Positions 21,188-29,302 of a stretch of 38,705 bases of DNA are shown one piece after another. Within the stretch, counting starts at the first letter, position 1, and each line of letters opens with the position of its first letter. The position numbers were made by a program, and so were the translations under genes. The stretch is from Thermoanaerobaculia bacterium (GTDB lineage Bacteria; Acidobacteriota; Thermoanaerobaculia; Gp7-AA8), in contig JADGOA010000001.1 in NCBI GenBank assembly GCA_017883215.1, positions 1 to 38,705 on the forward strand. The letters are read 5' to 3'. The notes beneath the pieces were generated by a model. The model saw nothing but the letters and a program-made list of their open reading frames with translations, ran no database searches and had not been told where the DNA came from.

Positions 21188-21468
21188 TCGGACTTGCTCC
21201 CGCTCTTCGACTCCGGTTTCGACTCCGGTTTCGATTCGGATTTCGACTCGGGTTTCGATTCCGATTTCGATTCGCTGGAAGTCGATGACTTGCTCGGGTA
21301 GTCGGTCTTATAAAACCCTGACCCTTTGAATTGAATCGCCGGCGCGGAAAAGAGTTTCTTCATGTCCCCGCCGCATTTGGGACAGTGCGCGTACGGCGGA
21401 TCAGAGAACTTCTGAATCACCTCGACCCGCTCACCGCACTGCTGACATTGGTATTCGTACAGAGGCAT
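21184..21468 (-). CDS. FmdB-family zinc-ribbon protein (CxxC_CxxC_SSSS) with low-complexity ESKP tail
   Basis: MPLYEYQCQQCG...HCPKCGG...FKGSGFYKTDY is the canonical FmdB zinc ribbon. The C-terminus is SESKSESKPESKSESKPESKPESKSGSKSE. Confidence 0.9.
   Translation of the reverse strand: MPLYEYQCQQCGERVEVIQKFSDPPYAHCPKCGGDMKKLFSAPAIQFKGSGFYKTDYPSKSSTSSESKSESKPESKSESKPESKPESKSGSKSE
21206..21277 (-). repeat. Six tandem 12-nt units (TTCGAYTCSGRT on the + strand) encoding the ESKS/ESKP tail
   Basis: Units at 21206, 21218, 21230, 21242, 21254 and 21266, read directly from the sequence. Confidence 0.9.
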
Positions 21469-21582
21469 CGCCCTGCCCTTCCATTCGACGCGAACCTGAA
21501 CAGTGCACGCAGAACGCCGATTTCAACCGGCGAGCCGAGTATAGCGGCGAGGCCAGCGGCAATCGATGATGCGCGTACCAAT

Positions 21583-21623
21583 GGGCGGTGGGCAGTGCCA
21601 GCAGACTGCCGCGCACTGCCCAC
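21583..21623 (-). repeat. Hairpin element E (GGGCAGT family, as in C)
   Basis: GGGCGGT GGGCAGT GCC... with an 11-bp perfect stem: GTGGGCAGTGC (21588-21598) pairing with GCACTGCCCAC (21613-21623). Confidence 0.75.
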
Positions 21624-21638
21624 GTCCACTACACAAAA

Positions 21639-22244
21639 TCACCTCGACAAAGGCGAGATCTTCTCGTGCGAGCTGGCTTCAGCGGCGATCAGCACTCCGT
21701 CGCGGAAGTAGACGCCGGCTACCCCGCCTTCGGTCGTGCGGTAGTACCACGACTCGATTCGGGCATCGCGGCGATGCGTGGCGACCTTCCAGCCGGGGAT
21801 CGGCTTTCCGAGCAGCTGCGAGACCTGCTTCTGCGACATCCCCTTCTCGAGGGTGGAGAGCTTCTGCCGTGACACGGTGAGGCGCTCAGCCGCGAGTGCC
21901 AGCCCGCGGCGGGCGTCCTCGTTGTTGGAGTCGTTCGACAGGACGGCGCGATAGAAGCGGATCGCATCCTGGTAGCGGCCGAGGCTGGCGAGCTCGGAGG
22001 CGAAGTCGAGCTGGATGCGCTGGTAGACGGCGCGGGCGCGGCTGTGCGTGGGGTGCTTCTGGACGAAGGCGCCGAGGGTGTCGGCGTAAAGCTGCTTTTC
22101 GTTGGTGGAAGCGGTCGCGGCGGCTGCTGCCTTCTTGCGGTGAAGGACGTGCAGCCAGTCGCGTTGGGGCTCACCTTGATCGGATCGGGTGCCGCACGAT
22201 GCAAGGGTGACTGCGGCGAGGGAAACGAGGAGCATGCGTCGCAT
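21639..22244 (-). CDS. Lipoprotein with TPR-like segment and C-terminal SmpA/OmlA (BamE-like) domain
   Basis: MRRMLLVSLAAVTLASCG lipobox. LGRYQDAIRFYRAVL TPR-like segment. KGMSQKQVSQLLGKPIPGW...ESWYY resembles BamE/SmpA. ATG 22244 preferred over GTG 22292. Confidence 0.6.
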   Translation of the reverse strand: MRRMLLVSLAAVTLASCGTRSDQGEPQRDWLHVLHRKKAAAAATASTNEKQLYADTLGAFVQKHPTHSRARAVYQRIQLDFASELASLGRYQDAIRFYRAVLSNDSNNEDARRGLALAAERLTVSRQKLSTLEKGMSQKQVSQLLGKPIPGWKVATHRRDARIESWYYRTTEGGVAGVYFRDGVLIAAEASSHEKISPLSR

Positions 22245-22298
22245 CGGCGAGACCTTAACACGCCGCGCACGATTTTTCGTGCGCTGGCGCACGTCGAG

Positions 22299-22406
22299 GA
22301 AAGCGAGTAGCGCGTCGCGCGTGGCGTGGTCGGGGACGGAGGTCCATGCAGTTCGTTGTCGGCTTTCGTCGGCCTTACTTGCGACTCGCTACTCGCTACT
22401 CGCTTC
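22299..22406. repeat. Heptad-arm hairpin element F (GCGAGTA family) in a divergent intergenic region
   Basis: 5' arm AGCGAGT AGCGCGT CGCGCGT GGCGTGG (22302-22329). 3' arm TGCGACT CGCTACT CGCTACT CGCTTC (22380-22406). 12 contiguous bp at the base (22301-22312 with 22394-22405), then imperfect pairing. Roughly 45-nt loop. Confidence 0.75.
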
Positions 22407-22412
22407 ATCGTG

Positions 22413-22441
22413 TTGACTTTACTGGGTGCCGGTCCAATAAT
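22413..22441 (+). promoter_or_regulatory. Candidate sigma-70-type promoter TTGACT-17 nt-AATAAT
   Basis: TTGACT at 22413-22418 and AATAAT at 22436-22441, with a 17-nt spacer. Lies about 58 nt upstream of ATG 22499, which has a GGAGGGA RBS. Confidence 0.45.
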
Positions 22442-22498
22442 CCCGATGCCTTACCAGATCATCAGGATACGGGTCAACCTACACCATCGGAGGGAGTT

Positions 22499-23869
22499 AT
22501 GGCCGTGAGGGGCGAGGAAGTCGCGGGCTCAATCGAGGCGCACGTACGCGAGTCCATCGAGCGGATGGTGAGCGAGATCCGCTCGTCTGTGGAGGACGTT
22601 CGCGGTGTCGTCGACTCCCAGCTCAAGGCCGCCCTTCAGAGCATTCAGGCTGACGTCAATGCCGTGTCGTTCCTGCCGTTCGTCCAGAAATCGATCTCGG
22701 AGCTGGAAGAGGCGTTCGCGGCAGCCAAGCCGGCGGCTGCGGCGGCAGGCGACGGTGGGCGTCTGAAACGGGCTGTGCAGGTCGTCGAGCAGGGCAAGTC
22801 TCAGGTCGACGTGCTCAATGCGCTCCTCGAGCAATGTCTCGAGTTCGGTTCACGCGCGGCCCTTCTGATCCTGCGCGGGGAAACGTTCAGCGGATGGAAA
22901 GGCGTTGGTTTCGCCGCACACGGCGGCAACGACGAGATGATCAAGCGTTTCAACGCCGCGCCGGGGCTCATCCCGCAACTCGACGAGGTCCTGCGGAACG
23001 AGCGCGTCGCGCTGTGGGACGGGGTCAATCTTTCGACGCGTTTCGGCGTCGGCGCCTCGGAGCGCGCCATCCTCGTGCCGATGGTGATCAAGGACAAAGT
23101 CGCAGCCGCTGTCTACGTCGATGCCGTCGCCGAAGAATCGGCGAAGCTCGATCCTGCGTCGATCGAGTTGCTCGTCTTCACCACCGGCCTGCTGGTCGAC
23201 ACGCTGGCGATCCGCAAGAAGTCACCGTCGCCATCGCTTTCGTCCGACAAGGCAGCCGCAGCCCAGCAGCCGAGACCGGCGGCCGCCGCGCCACAGCCGA
23301 GACCCGCTCCCCCCGCTCCGGAGTCGCCGCCAAGCGCGGAGTCGACCGTGGCGTTCAGTGCGCAGCAGATTCGCGACATGATGTCGACGCCCCAAAGGCC
23401 GGCCGCTCAACCCGTTCCGGCTCAACCTGTCCAACCTGTCGCACCGAGGCCCGTAGCGCCTCCGGCGCCCGTACAAGCGCCGGCTCCTCGCGCCGCCGCG
23501 CCCGTGACTGCGCACGCTGTCGAAGCCGCAGCGCACGAGGATCGGCCATCGACACAGTACATTCCGCCGGCGGGCGTCGTCGCTCGAGGGGCCGCTGCCG
23601 GCGCGCCGAGCGAGGACGTGAAGCGACACGACGAGGCGCGCCGCTTCGCCCGTTTGCTCGTCTCCGAGATCAAGCTCTACAACGAATCGAAGGTCGATCA
23701 GGGACGCAAGAACAAGGATCTGTACGAGCGGATGAAAGAAGACATCGATCGAAGCCGGCAGATGTACGACGAGCGCATTCCCGAAGAAGTGCGCAAGGCG
23801 TCGAACTACTTTTACGACGAGCTCGTCCGGATCCTGGCCGACGGCAACGCCGACGCGCTGGGGTTGTAG
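22499..23869 (+). CDS. Hypothetical protein: coiled-coil N-terminus, GAF-like middle, long Pro/Ala-rich linker, conserved-looking helical C-terminal domain
   Basis: ATG 22499 with GGAGGGA RBS; the upstream part of the ORF (22346-22498) translates the repeat element. C-terminus FARLLVSEIKLYNESKVDQGRKNKDLYERMKEDIDRSRQMYDERIP looks like a conserved module, but I cannot name it. Confidence 0.75.
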   Translation: MAVRGEEVAGSIEAHVRESIERMVSEIRSSVEDVRGVVDSQLKAALQSIQADVNAVSFLPFVQKSISELEEAFAAAKPAAAAAGDGGRLKRAVQVVEQGKSQVDVLNALLEQCLEFGSRAALLILRGETFSGWKGVGFAAHGGNDEMIKRFNAAPGLIPQLDEVLRNERVALWDGVNLSTRFGVGASERAILVPMVIKDKVAAAVYVDAVAEESAKLDPASIELLVFTTGLLVDTLAIRKKSPSPSLSSDKAAAAQQPRPAAAAPQPRPAPPAPESPPSAESTVAFSAQQIRDMMSTPQRPAAQPVPAQPVQPVAPRPVAPPAPVQAPAPRAAAPVTAHAVEAAAHEDRPSTQYIPPAGVVARGAAAGAPSEDVKRHDEARRFARLLVSEIKLYNESKVDQGRKNKDLYERMKEDIDRSRQMYDERIPEEVRKASNYFYDELVRILADGNADALGL

Positions 23870-23897
23870 TCGACTTCTCGCGGTCCTGTGCTGAACA

Positions 23898-23950
23898 GGT
23901 CACGAGGTGAGCTCGTGCCTTTGACGTCAAGACCTCATGACCTCGTGACC
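23898..23950 (+). repeat. Hairpin element G (11-bp stem; 8-nt direct repeat in the 3' arm; palindromic loop core)
   Basis: GGTCACGAGGT (23898-23908) pairs with ACCTCGTGACC (23940-23950). The 3' arm reads ACCTCATG ACCTCGTG. The loop contains the 10-bp palindrome TTGACGTCAA (23921-23930). Confidence 0.7.
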
Positions 23951-24017
23951 GGAAAGCTTTCCCCTGCACGCTGCCCGTCCACCGGCTGGCAGTCTCTTCG
24001 CAAAACGGGCAACTGAA

Positions 24018-26312
24018 ATGCCGCGACGTCTACGGCGCAAATGGCTCGTCCTGGGCGTGACGATCCCCATCGCGATCGGGTCGATCGCGCTGGGCATCTA
24101 CTTCCTCGTTTGGGAGCGGAAGTCGCACGAAGAGACGCGTCAGCACGCAAAGCCCGAGGCTCCGCCGGATCTGCAGAAGCTTCGCAACACATATGCGGCC
24201 GGCCTGGAGGCGGTTCAACGCGGGGACGGCGTCGATGCCGTCAAACAGTTCAGCTCCTTTACCTTTCACGACCGCGCTGTCGAGGAGTACCGGCTCTACT
24301 ACCTCGCCGTGGGCCAGCAGCTGATGCACGACGCCAAGCGGGCGCGCTTGACGCTGGCATTGCTGGAGGCGCGACAGCCGGCGTTCGTCTTCGCCGACGA
24401 CGCCGGTCTGACGTTGGCCGGTCTCTACGGAGGTGTCGCGGACTGGCGCCACACAGCCGGCCAATACGCCGCGGTGGCGTCCCGGACCGACTCGCCCGCA
24501 GTTGCGGCCGCGGCGCGCTGGGGGGAGGTCGAATCACGATTCTTCAGCGGCGACGTCGCGGCATCGATCGCCGCGGCGCGCCAGATCGCCATCAAGAGTC
24601 CGCGATCATCGCAGGCCGCATCGGCACTGGGGCTGCTGCGCGGCATCGACGGCACCGGGCCGGACGGCATGGTGCCGTTCTCGCCTGCCGAGCGCCTGGA
24701 GCGAGCGGTCTCTCTTCTGCGCGATGGTGACCCGCAGTCCGCGTTCGGCGAGCTGAGCGCACTGGAGCCGCTTGCTCCCTCCTCGATTCGCGATGCCGTC
24801 CGACTCAACGAAGGCCTCGCCCTCAACAGCCTCCATCGATACGAGGACTCGAACAAGATTCTCGACATGCTCGCATCCGGCCCGTTCAGGATCGCCATTC
24901 CGGCGATCTACACCGCGTCGAAGAACTACCGAGCCATTGCTGCCTCCATCAATCCGATAGTCATAAAGACCATCGTGCAGCGAAAGCAGGTCGGCAAGCG
25001 GAAGGTGACGGTCGGCAAAGGGGAGAAGCGCCGAACGATCATCCGGCCAAGATTCGCGAACGTGAAGAAGAACGTGCAGCTCGTCGACCTCGCGAAGAAG
25101 GCGAAGAAAGACGAGGCCGACCGCCTGGCGACGGAACGGTTGAAGGACCTGCTGCAGATCGAGACCGTCGCGCCCGAGGTGCGGCTGGAGGTGCTGAAAA
25201 CGCTGATCGGCATCACCGACGCGAAAAATCAGGATGCGTACGAACAGGAGCTGGTCGGCGAAGTGGTGAAGATCGATCCCTACGCGGATCCGGCTCTGCA
25301 GCACTTCTGGGACAAGGCCTGGGCGGCGTATTCCCGCGGTGACCTCAATGGCGCGAAGCCTCTGTTCCGCTTCATCGCCGACACCTACGGCAATCCGAAC
25401 GTAAAGCGGCAGGCGGAATACTGGTACGCCAGAACCATCGAGCGCCTCGGTGCGAAGGAAGAATCGGCCGCGATCTACCGCCGGCTCGCTTCCGCACCGT
25501 ACGAGGACATCTACTCCGTCCACTCCGTCGGCCGCGGCGCGCCCCGCGGCGTGGCCACGACGAATCCGCTGAAGATGAACCGTCCCGACTGGCGGGACAT
25601 CGCCGAACAGACCATGCCGGGCGGCCTGCGGCTGGCTTACGAGCTGACGGCCCTGAACGACATGCGCGACGCGCAGCTGGAGATCCGCAAGAATGCGGGC
25701 TTCGTGAACCGGCACTTCACCAACGCGCTGCTGGCCGATCTGTACAACAGCGCCGGCAACGCCGACCTCACGTATCGAACCATCCGCGCCGCGTTTCCGC
25801 AGCTCGCCACCGTCGAACAGGACGCCGTCCCACCGTACTTCTTGAAAATCTACTACCCGGTTCGGTACGAGGACGCCATCCTGAAAGACTCGCGTCGATT
25901 CGACGTCGACCCCTATCTGGTCATGGCGCTCATTCTTCAGGAGAGCTATTTCAACCCCAAAGCGAAGTCGCGGGTGGGAGCAACCGGCCTGATGCAACTC
26001 ATGCCCGGCACCGGGAAAGAGCTCGGCCAGAAGCTGCACGGCCGCTTCAGCATCACCCGCCTGAACGATCCTGATACGAACATCGAGCTCGGTACGTACC
26101 ACCTGCGGCACATGATTCAGATCTTCGCCGGCCACGTTCCGCTCGCCGTGGCGTCCTACAACGCCGGACAGGGAAACGTTCTGAAGTGGCGGAGGGCGGC
26201 CGCTTCGAAGCCGATGGACGAGTTTCTGGAATCGATTCCGTTCCCTGAAACACGCAACTATGTCAAACGGGTCACGCTTCTCCGCTCGTCATACGCACGC
26301 ATCGCGCAGTAA
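24018..26312 (+). CDS. Soluble lytic murein transglycosylase (Slt70-like) with N-terminal TM/signal anchor and superhelical domain
   Basis: C-terminal SLT domain LILQESYFNPKAKSRVGATGLMQLMPGT with catalytic Glu, and AVASYNAGQGNV. Long helical repeat region upstream. Confidence 0.88.
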   Translation: MPRRLRRKWLVLGVTIPIAIGSIALGIYFLVWERKSHEETRQHAKPEAPPDLQKLRNTYAAGLEAVQRGDGVDAVKQFSSFTFHDRAVEEYRLYYLAVGQQLMHDAKRARLTLALLEARQPAFVFADDAGLTLAGLYGGVADWRHTAGQYAAVASRTDSPAVAAAARWGEVESRFFSGDVAASIAAARQIAIKSPRSSQAASALGLLRGIDGTGPDGMVPFSPAERLERAVSLLRDGDPQSAFGELSALEPLAPSSIRDAVRLNEGLALNSLHRYEDSNKILDMLASGPFRIAIPAIYTASKNYRAIAASINPIVIKTIVQRKQVGKRKVTVGKGEKRRTIIRPRFANVKKNVQLVDLAKKAKKDEADRLATERLKDLLQIETVAPEVRLEVLKTLIGITDAKNQDAYEQELVGEVVKIDPYADPALQHFWDKAWAAYSRGDLNGAKPLFRFIADTYGNPNVKRQAEYWYARTIERLGAKEESAAIYRRLASAPYEDIYSVHSVGRGAPRGVATTNPLKMNRPDWRDIAEQTMPGGLRLAYELTALNDMRDAQLEIRKNAGFVNRHFTNALLADLYNSAGNADLTYRTIRAAFPQLATVEQDAVPPYFLKIYYPVRYEDAILKDSRRFDVDPYLVMALILQESYFNPKAKSRVGATGLMQLMPGTGKELGQKLHGRFSITRLNDPDTNIELGTYHLRHMIQIFAGHVPLAVASYNAGQGNVLKWRRAAASKPMDEFLESIPFPETRNYVKRVTLLRSSYARIAQ

Positions 26313-26314
26313 AT

Positions 26315-26387
26315 GGAAGTGATCGGAAGTGATCAGTCAGAATACGCGGAAGCCACTGATCACCGATCACTGATCACTGATCACTTC
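26315..26387 (+). repeat. Heptad-arm hairpin element H (GATC-rich AGTGATC/ACTGATC family)
   Basis: 5' arm GGAAGTGATCGGAAGTGATCAGTCAG. Loop about AATACGCGGAAGC. 3' arm ACTGATC ACCGATC ACTGATC ACTGATC ACTTC. Stems of 9 and 10 bp with a 3-nt bulge. Six GATC sites. Confidence 0.88.
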
Positions 26388-26388
26388 G

Positions 26389-26799
26389 ATGAACCAACGA
26401 ATCGCCGCTTTCACCGGCTTCTCAGGCTCGGGCAAGACGACGCTGATCGTGGCTTTGATCGGGCGGCTGGTCGCCGATGGCCGCACAGTGGCGGCAATCA
26501 AGCACACGCATCATCCTCTGAACGAGGAGAACCGCGGCGACACCGCGAGGTTCCGGGCCGCCGGCGCCGAGCCCGTGATTCTGGCCGGCGATGGTGGTGG
26601 CGTGGTCTTCACGAGCGGCGGCACGAACCGCATCACCTACGGCTCGCCGGTGGACCTGCTACGGCATCTGGACACGGAGGTGGTTCTCGTGGAGGGCTTC
26701 AAATCATTCAGCGGCTGGCCGAACGTCGAGATCACAAGCGAGCGGCGACCGAGCGTCGAAGAGGTTCTGGCGATTCTCGATAGAATCTGGACCTCATGA
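26389..26799 (+). CDS. mobB: Molybdopterin-guanine dinucleotide biosynthesis adapter protein MobB
   Basis: IAAFTGFSGSGKTTLI P-loop, AAIKHTHH, VLVEGFK. Confidence 0.85.
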   Translation: MNQRIAAFTGFSGSGKTTLIVALIGRLVADGRTVAAIKHTHHPLNEENRGDTARFRAAGAEPVILAGDGGGVVFTSGGTNRITYGSPVDLLRHLDTEVVLVEGFKSFSGWPNVEITSERRPSVEEVLAILDRIWTS

Positions 26800-27464
26800 T
26801 CGCATCGACGCGGTACCGCGCGGTGCTGTTCGATCTGGACGGCACGCTGGTCGACTCGTACGCCGCGCTGGCCGAAGCGGTCAACTTCGCGCGCCGGGCG
26901 CACGGTCTCGAAAATCTCCGCGAGGAACGCATTCGCGAGTTCGTCGGCGACGGCCTCGACAAGCTTCTGCAGCGCGCTTTCGAAACGAGCGACGTTCCGG
27001 AATCGGTGCAGGAGGCGTTCGAAGCGCGCTATGACGAGATCTGCTGCAGCGAGTCGCGGGTGCTCGCGGACGTCGAATCCACTCTCGAGGAGCTCTCGCG
27101 CCGCGGTCTGCCGATGGCCGTCTGCACCAACAAGCCGACATCGTTCTCGGTGAAAATCCTCGACTCGCTCGGCCTGGCACGGCACTTCTGCGCCATCGTC
27201 GGCCCCGATCTCGCCGGCGCGCGAAAACCGGCAGCGCAACACGTCCTGCGAACACTGGAAGCGACCGGCTGCGCGCCGCGCCAGGCGCTGCTCGTCGGCG
27301 ACATGCCGATCGACGTCGAGGCTGCGCGCAACAGCGGGGTCGACGTGGCCGTCGTGCCTACCGGATCGTCGACCGCGGAGCAGCTCAGGGCCGCGCGGCC
27401 GGACCACTACCTGGAGCGCTTCGCGGACCTTCTGCGCATTCTCCCGAACGGAGCCGCCCCTTGA
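26796..27464 (+). CDS. HAD-IA hydrolase, phosphoglycolate phosphatase-like
   Basis: AVLFDLDGTLVDS motif I, CTNKP motif II, LVGDMPIDVEAARNSG motif III. ATGA overlap with mobB. Confidence 0.78.
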   Translation: MIASTRYRAVLFDLDGTLVDSYAALAEAVNFARRAHGLENLREERIREFVGDGLDKLLQRAFETSDVPESVQEAFEARYDEICCSESRVLADVESTLEELSRRGLPMAVCTNKPTSFSVKILDSLGLARHFCAIVGPDLAGARKPAAQHVLRTLEATGCAPRQALLVGDMPIDVEAARNSGVDVAVVPTGSSTAEQLRAARPDHYLERFADLLRILPNGAAP

Positions 27465-28129
27465 GCGGCGGCATGGTGCCGCCACGCGCGCGCTTCCGAT
27501 TCGTCTTCTTCGACGTCGACTCCACACTCGTGACGATCGAAGGAATCGATGTTCTCTCGGGCAACGACCCGGAGATCGCAAAGCTGACCGAGGCCGCGAT
27601 GAACGGCGATATCCCGCTCGATCAGGTATACGGGAGACGGCTGGAGATCATCCGCCCGACCCGCCAGTCCGTCGAAGCACTGGGGCGGAAGTATCTGGCC
27701 TCACTCGTCGAAGGGGCCGGCGAGACGATTGCCGCTCTGCAGGACGCAGGCGCCTCCGTGCACCTCGTCACCGCCGGGATTGCGCAGGCCATCGCTCCGC
27801 TCGCCTTGGAGCTTGGGATCGCCCCGCGCGCCGTTCACGCCGTCACCCTTTCGTTTCGTGAGGACGGCTCGTATGAAGACTTCGACCGGCGATCGCTCCT
27901 GACGCGCCCGGGAGGGAAGGAGCTCGTCGTCCGCGACGTCCGCGCCCGGACCCACGGACGCGCGGCATTCGTCGGGGACGGAGTCAGCGATCTCGAAGCC
28001 AAGCCGGCAGTCGATCTCTTCGTCGGATTCGGGGGAGTTCACACCCGCTCGCGCGTGAAGGAGAATGCAGGGGTGTTTGTGGACGAGCCGCGGCTCACCG
28101 CGGTCCTGCCACACCTGATCGAGACCTGA
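27461..28129 (+). CDS. serB: HAD-IB hydrolase, phosphoserine phosphatase (SerB)-like
   Basis: VFFDVDSTLVTIEGIDVL motif I, LVTAG, FVGDGVSDLEAK motif III. 4-nt overlap with the upstream gene. Sits upstream of the aminotransferase and serA. Confidence 0.65.
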   Translation: MSGGMVPPRARFRFVFFDVDSTLVTIEGIDVLSGNDPEIAKLTEAAMNGDIPLDQVYGRRLEIIRPTRQSVEALGRKYLASLVEGAGETIAALQDAGASVHLVTAGIAQAIAPLALELGIAPRAVHAVTLSFREDGSYEDFDRRSLLTRPGGKELVVRDVRARTHGRAAFVGDGVSDLEAKPAVDLFVGFGGVHTRSRVKENAGVFVDEPRLTAVLPHLIET

Positions 28130-28145
28130 CGAGGCGGCGGACATG

Positions 28146-28179
28146 AGGCACGCGTCCAGCAGGGGACGTCCTCGTGCCT
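28146..28179 (+). repeat. Short GC hairpin L between the serB-like gene and the aminotransferase
   Basis: AGGCACG (28146-28152) pairs with CGTGCCT (28173-28179); inner CGTCC pairs with GGACG. Confidence 0.55.
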
Positions 28180-28204
28180 TCCACCTCCAGACGAGAGTGA
28201 TGCC

Positions 28205-29284
28205 ATGACAGACGACCTCTGCAGGTTCTTCGTTCCCGGGCCGACGTGGGTGCGTCCGGCCATCCTCCAGGAAATGATGCGGCCGATGATCGGCCACCGC
28301 AGCGCCGAGTTCCGCGACCTCTTCCGCCGCATCAACGCCGGCCTCAAGCCGCTGTTCGACACCGCACAGACCACGTTCGTCGTCACAGCCACGGGAACGG
28401 GAGTGATGCAGGCGGCGCTGGAGAACTGCGTCGCCCGCCGCGTGCTGGTGACCACCTGCGGCGCGTTTTCAGAGCGGTGGCTGGCCATCGCCGAGTCGCT
28501 CGGCTATGAAGCGGACCGACTCGACGTGCCGTGGGGAAAGGCCGTCGACGTCGACGTGCTGGCCGATCACATCGCCAGCCGTCGGGCCCGCTACGACGCC
28601 GTGACCATCACCTACAACGAGACCTCCACCGGAGTGACGAACGACGTGGCCGCCCTCGCGCGCGTCGTCCGCGAAGAGTCTCCGGACACGCTCATCCTGG
28701 TCGATGCCGTGTCGGCACTCGGCGGCATGCCGATGCATTTCGACGAGTGGGACCTCGACGTCTGCCTGGCCAGCGTGCAGAAGTGCCTGGCTCTTCCTCC
28801 GGGCATCACCGTCACCGCCGTCTCCGATCGGGCATTCGCCAGAGCGAAGAAGCATCCCTACCGCGGCACCTACTTCGATTTCGTGCAGTACGCAGCCAGA
28901 GCGGCGGAGGACAGCGTGCCGTCGACACCGTCGATCCCGCACTTCTACGGCCTGGCCCGTCAGCTCGACGACATCCTGCGAGGCGAAACGCTGGAGCGCC
29001 GCTTCGAGCGCCATCAGCAGATGCGCGACATCACCATCGAACGAACGTCTCACTTCGCCAAGCTGGCTGCCGACCGCGAGGTCGCTTCGCCGACAGTCAC
29101 CGCGCTACAGCCGGTGAAGAGCCCGGACGTGATCCGCGCCGAGATGAAGAAGCGTGGCTACACGCTAGGCGGCGGCTATGGCGAATGGAAGGAGACGAGC
29201 TTCCGCATCGGACACATGGGCGACATCACCATCGAGTCGCTCGAGGCTATGCTCGACGCGCTCACTGAGGTCGCCGCGTCATGA
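28205..29284 (+). CDS. Class V pyridoxal-phosphate aminotransferase (serine-pyruvate / phosphoserine aminotransferase type)
   Basis: FVPGPT N-terminus, TYNETSTGV, ILVDAVSALGG, and SVQKCLALPPG containing the PLP lysine. Its position between serB-like and serA suggests a phosphoserine aminotransferase role (inference). Confidence 0.82.
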   Translation: MTDDLCRFFVPGPTWVRPAILQEMMRPMIGHRSAEFRDLFRRINAGLKPLFDTAQTTFVVTATGTGVMQAALENCVARRVLVTTCGAFSERWLAIAESLGYEADRLDVPWGKAVDVDVLADHIASRRARYDAVTITYNETSTGVTNDVAALARVVREESPDTLILVDAVSALGGMPMHFDEWDLDVCLASVQKCLALPPGITVTAVSDRAFARAKKHPYRGTYFDFVQYAARAAEDSVPSTPSIPHFYGLARQLDDILRGETLERRFERHQQMRDITIERTSHFAKLAADREVASPTVTALQPVKSPDVIRAEMKKRGYTLGGGYGEWKETSFRIGHMGDITIESLEAMLDALTEVAAS

Positions 29285-29302
29285 GCGAACAGGAATGACC
29301 GC

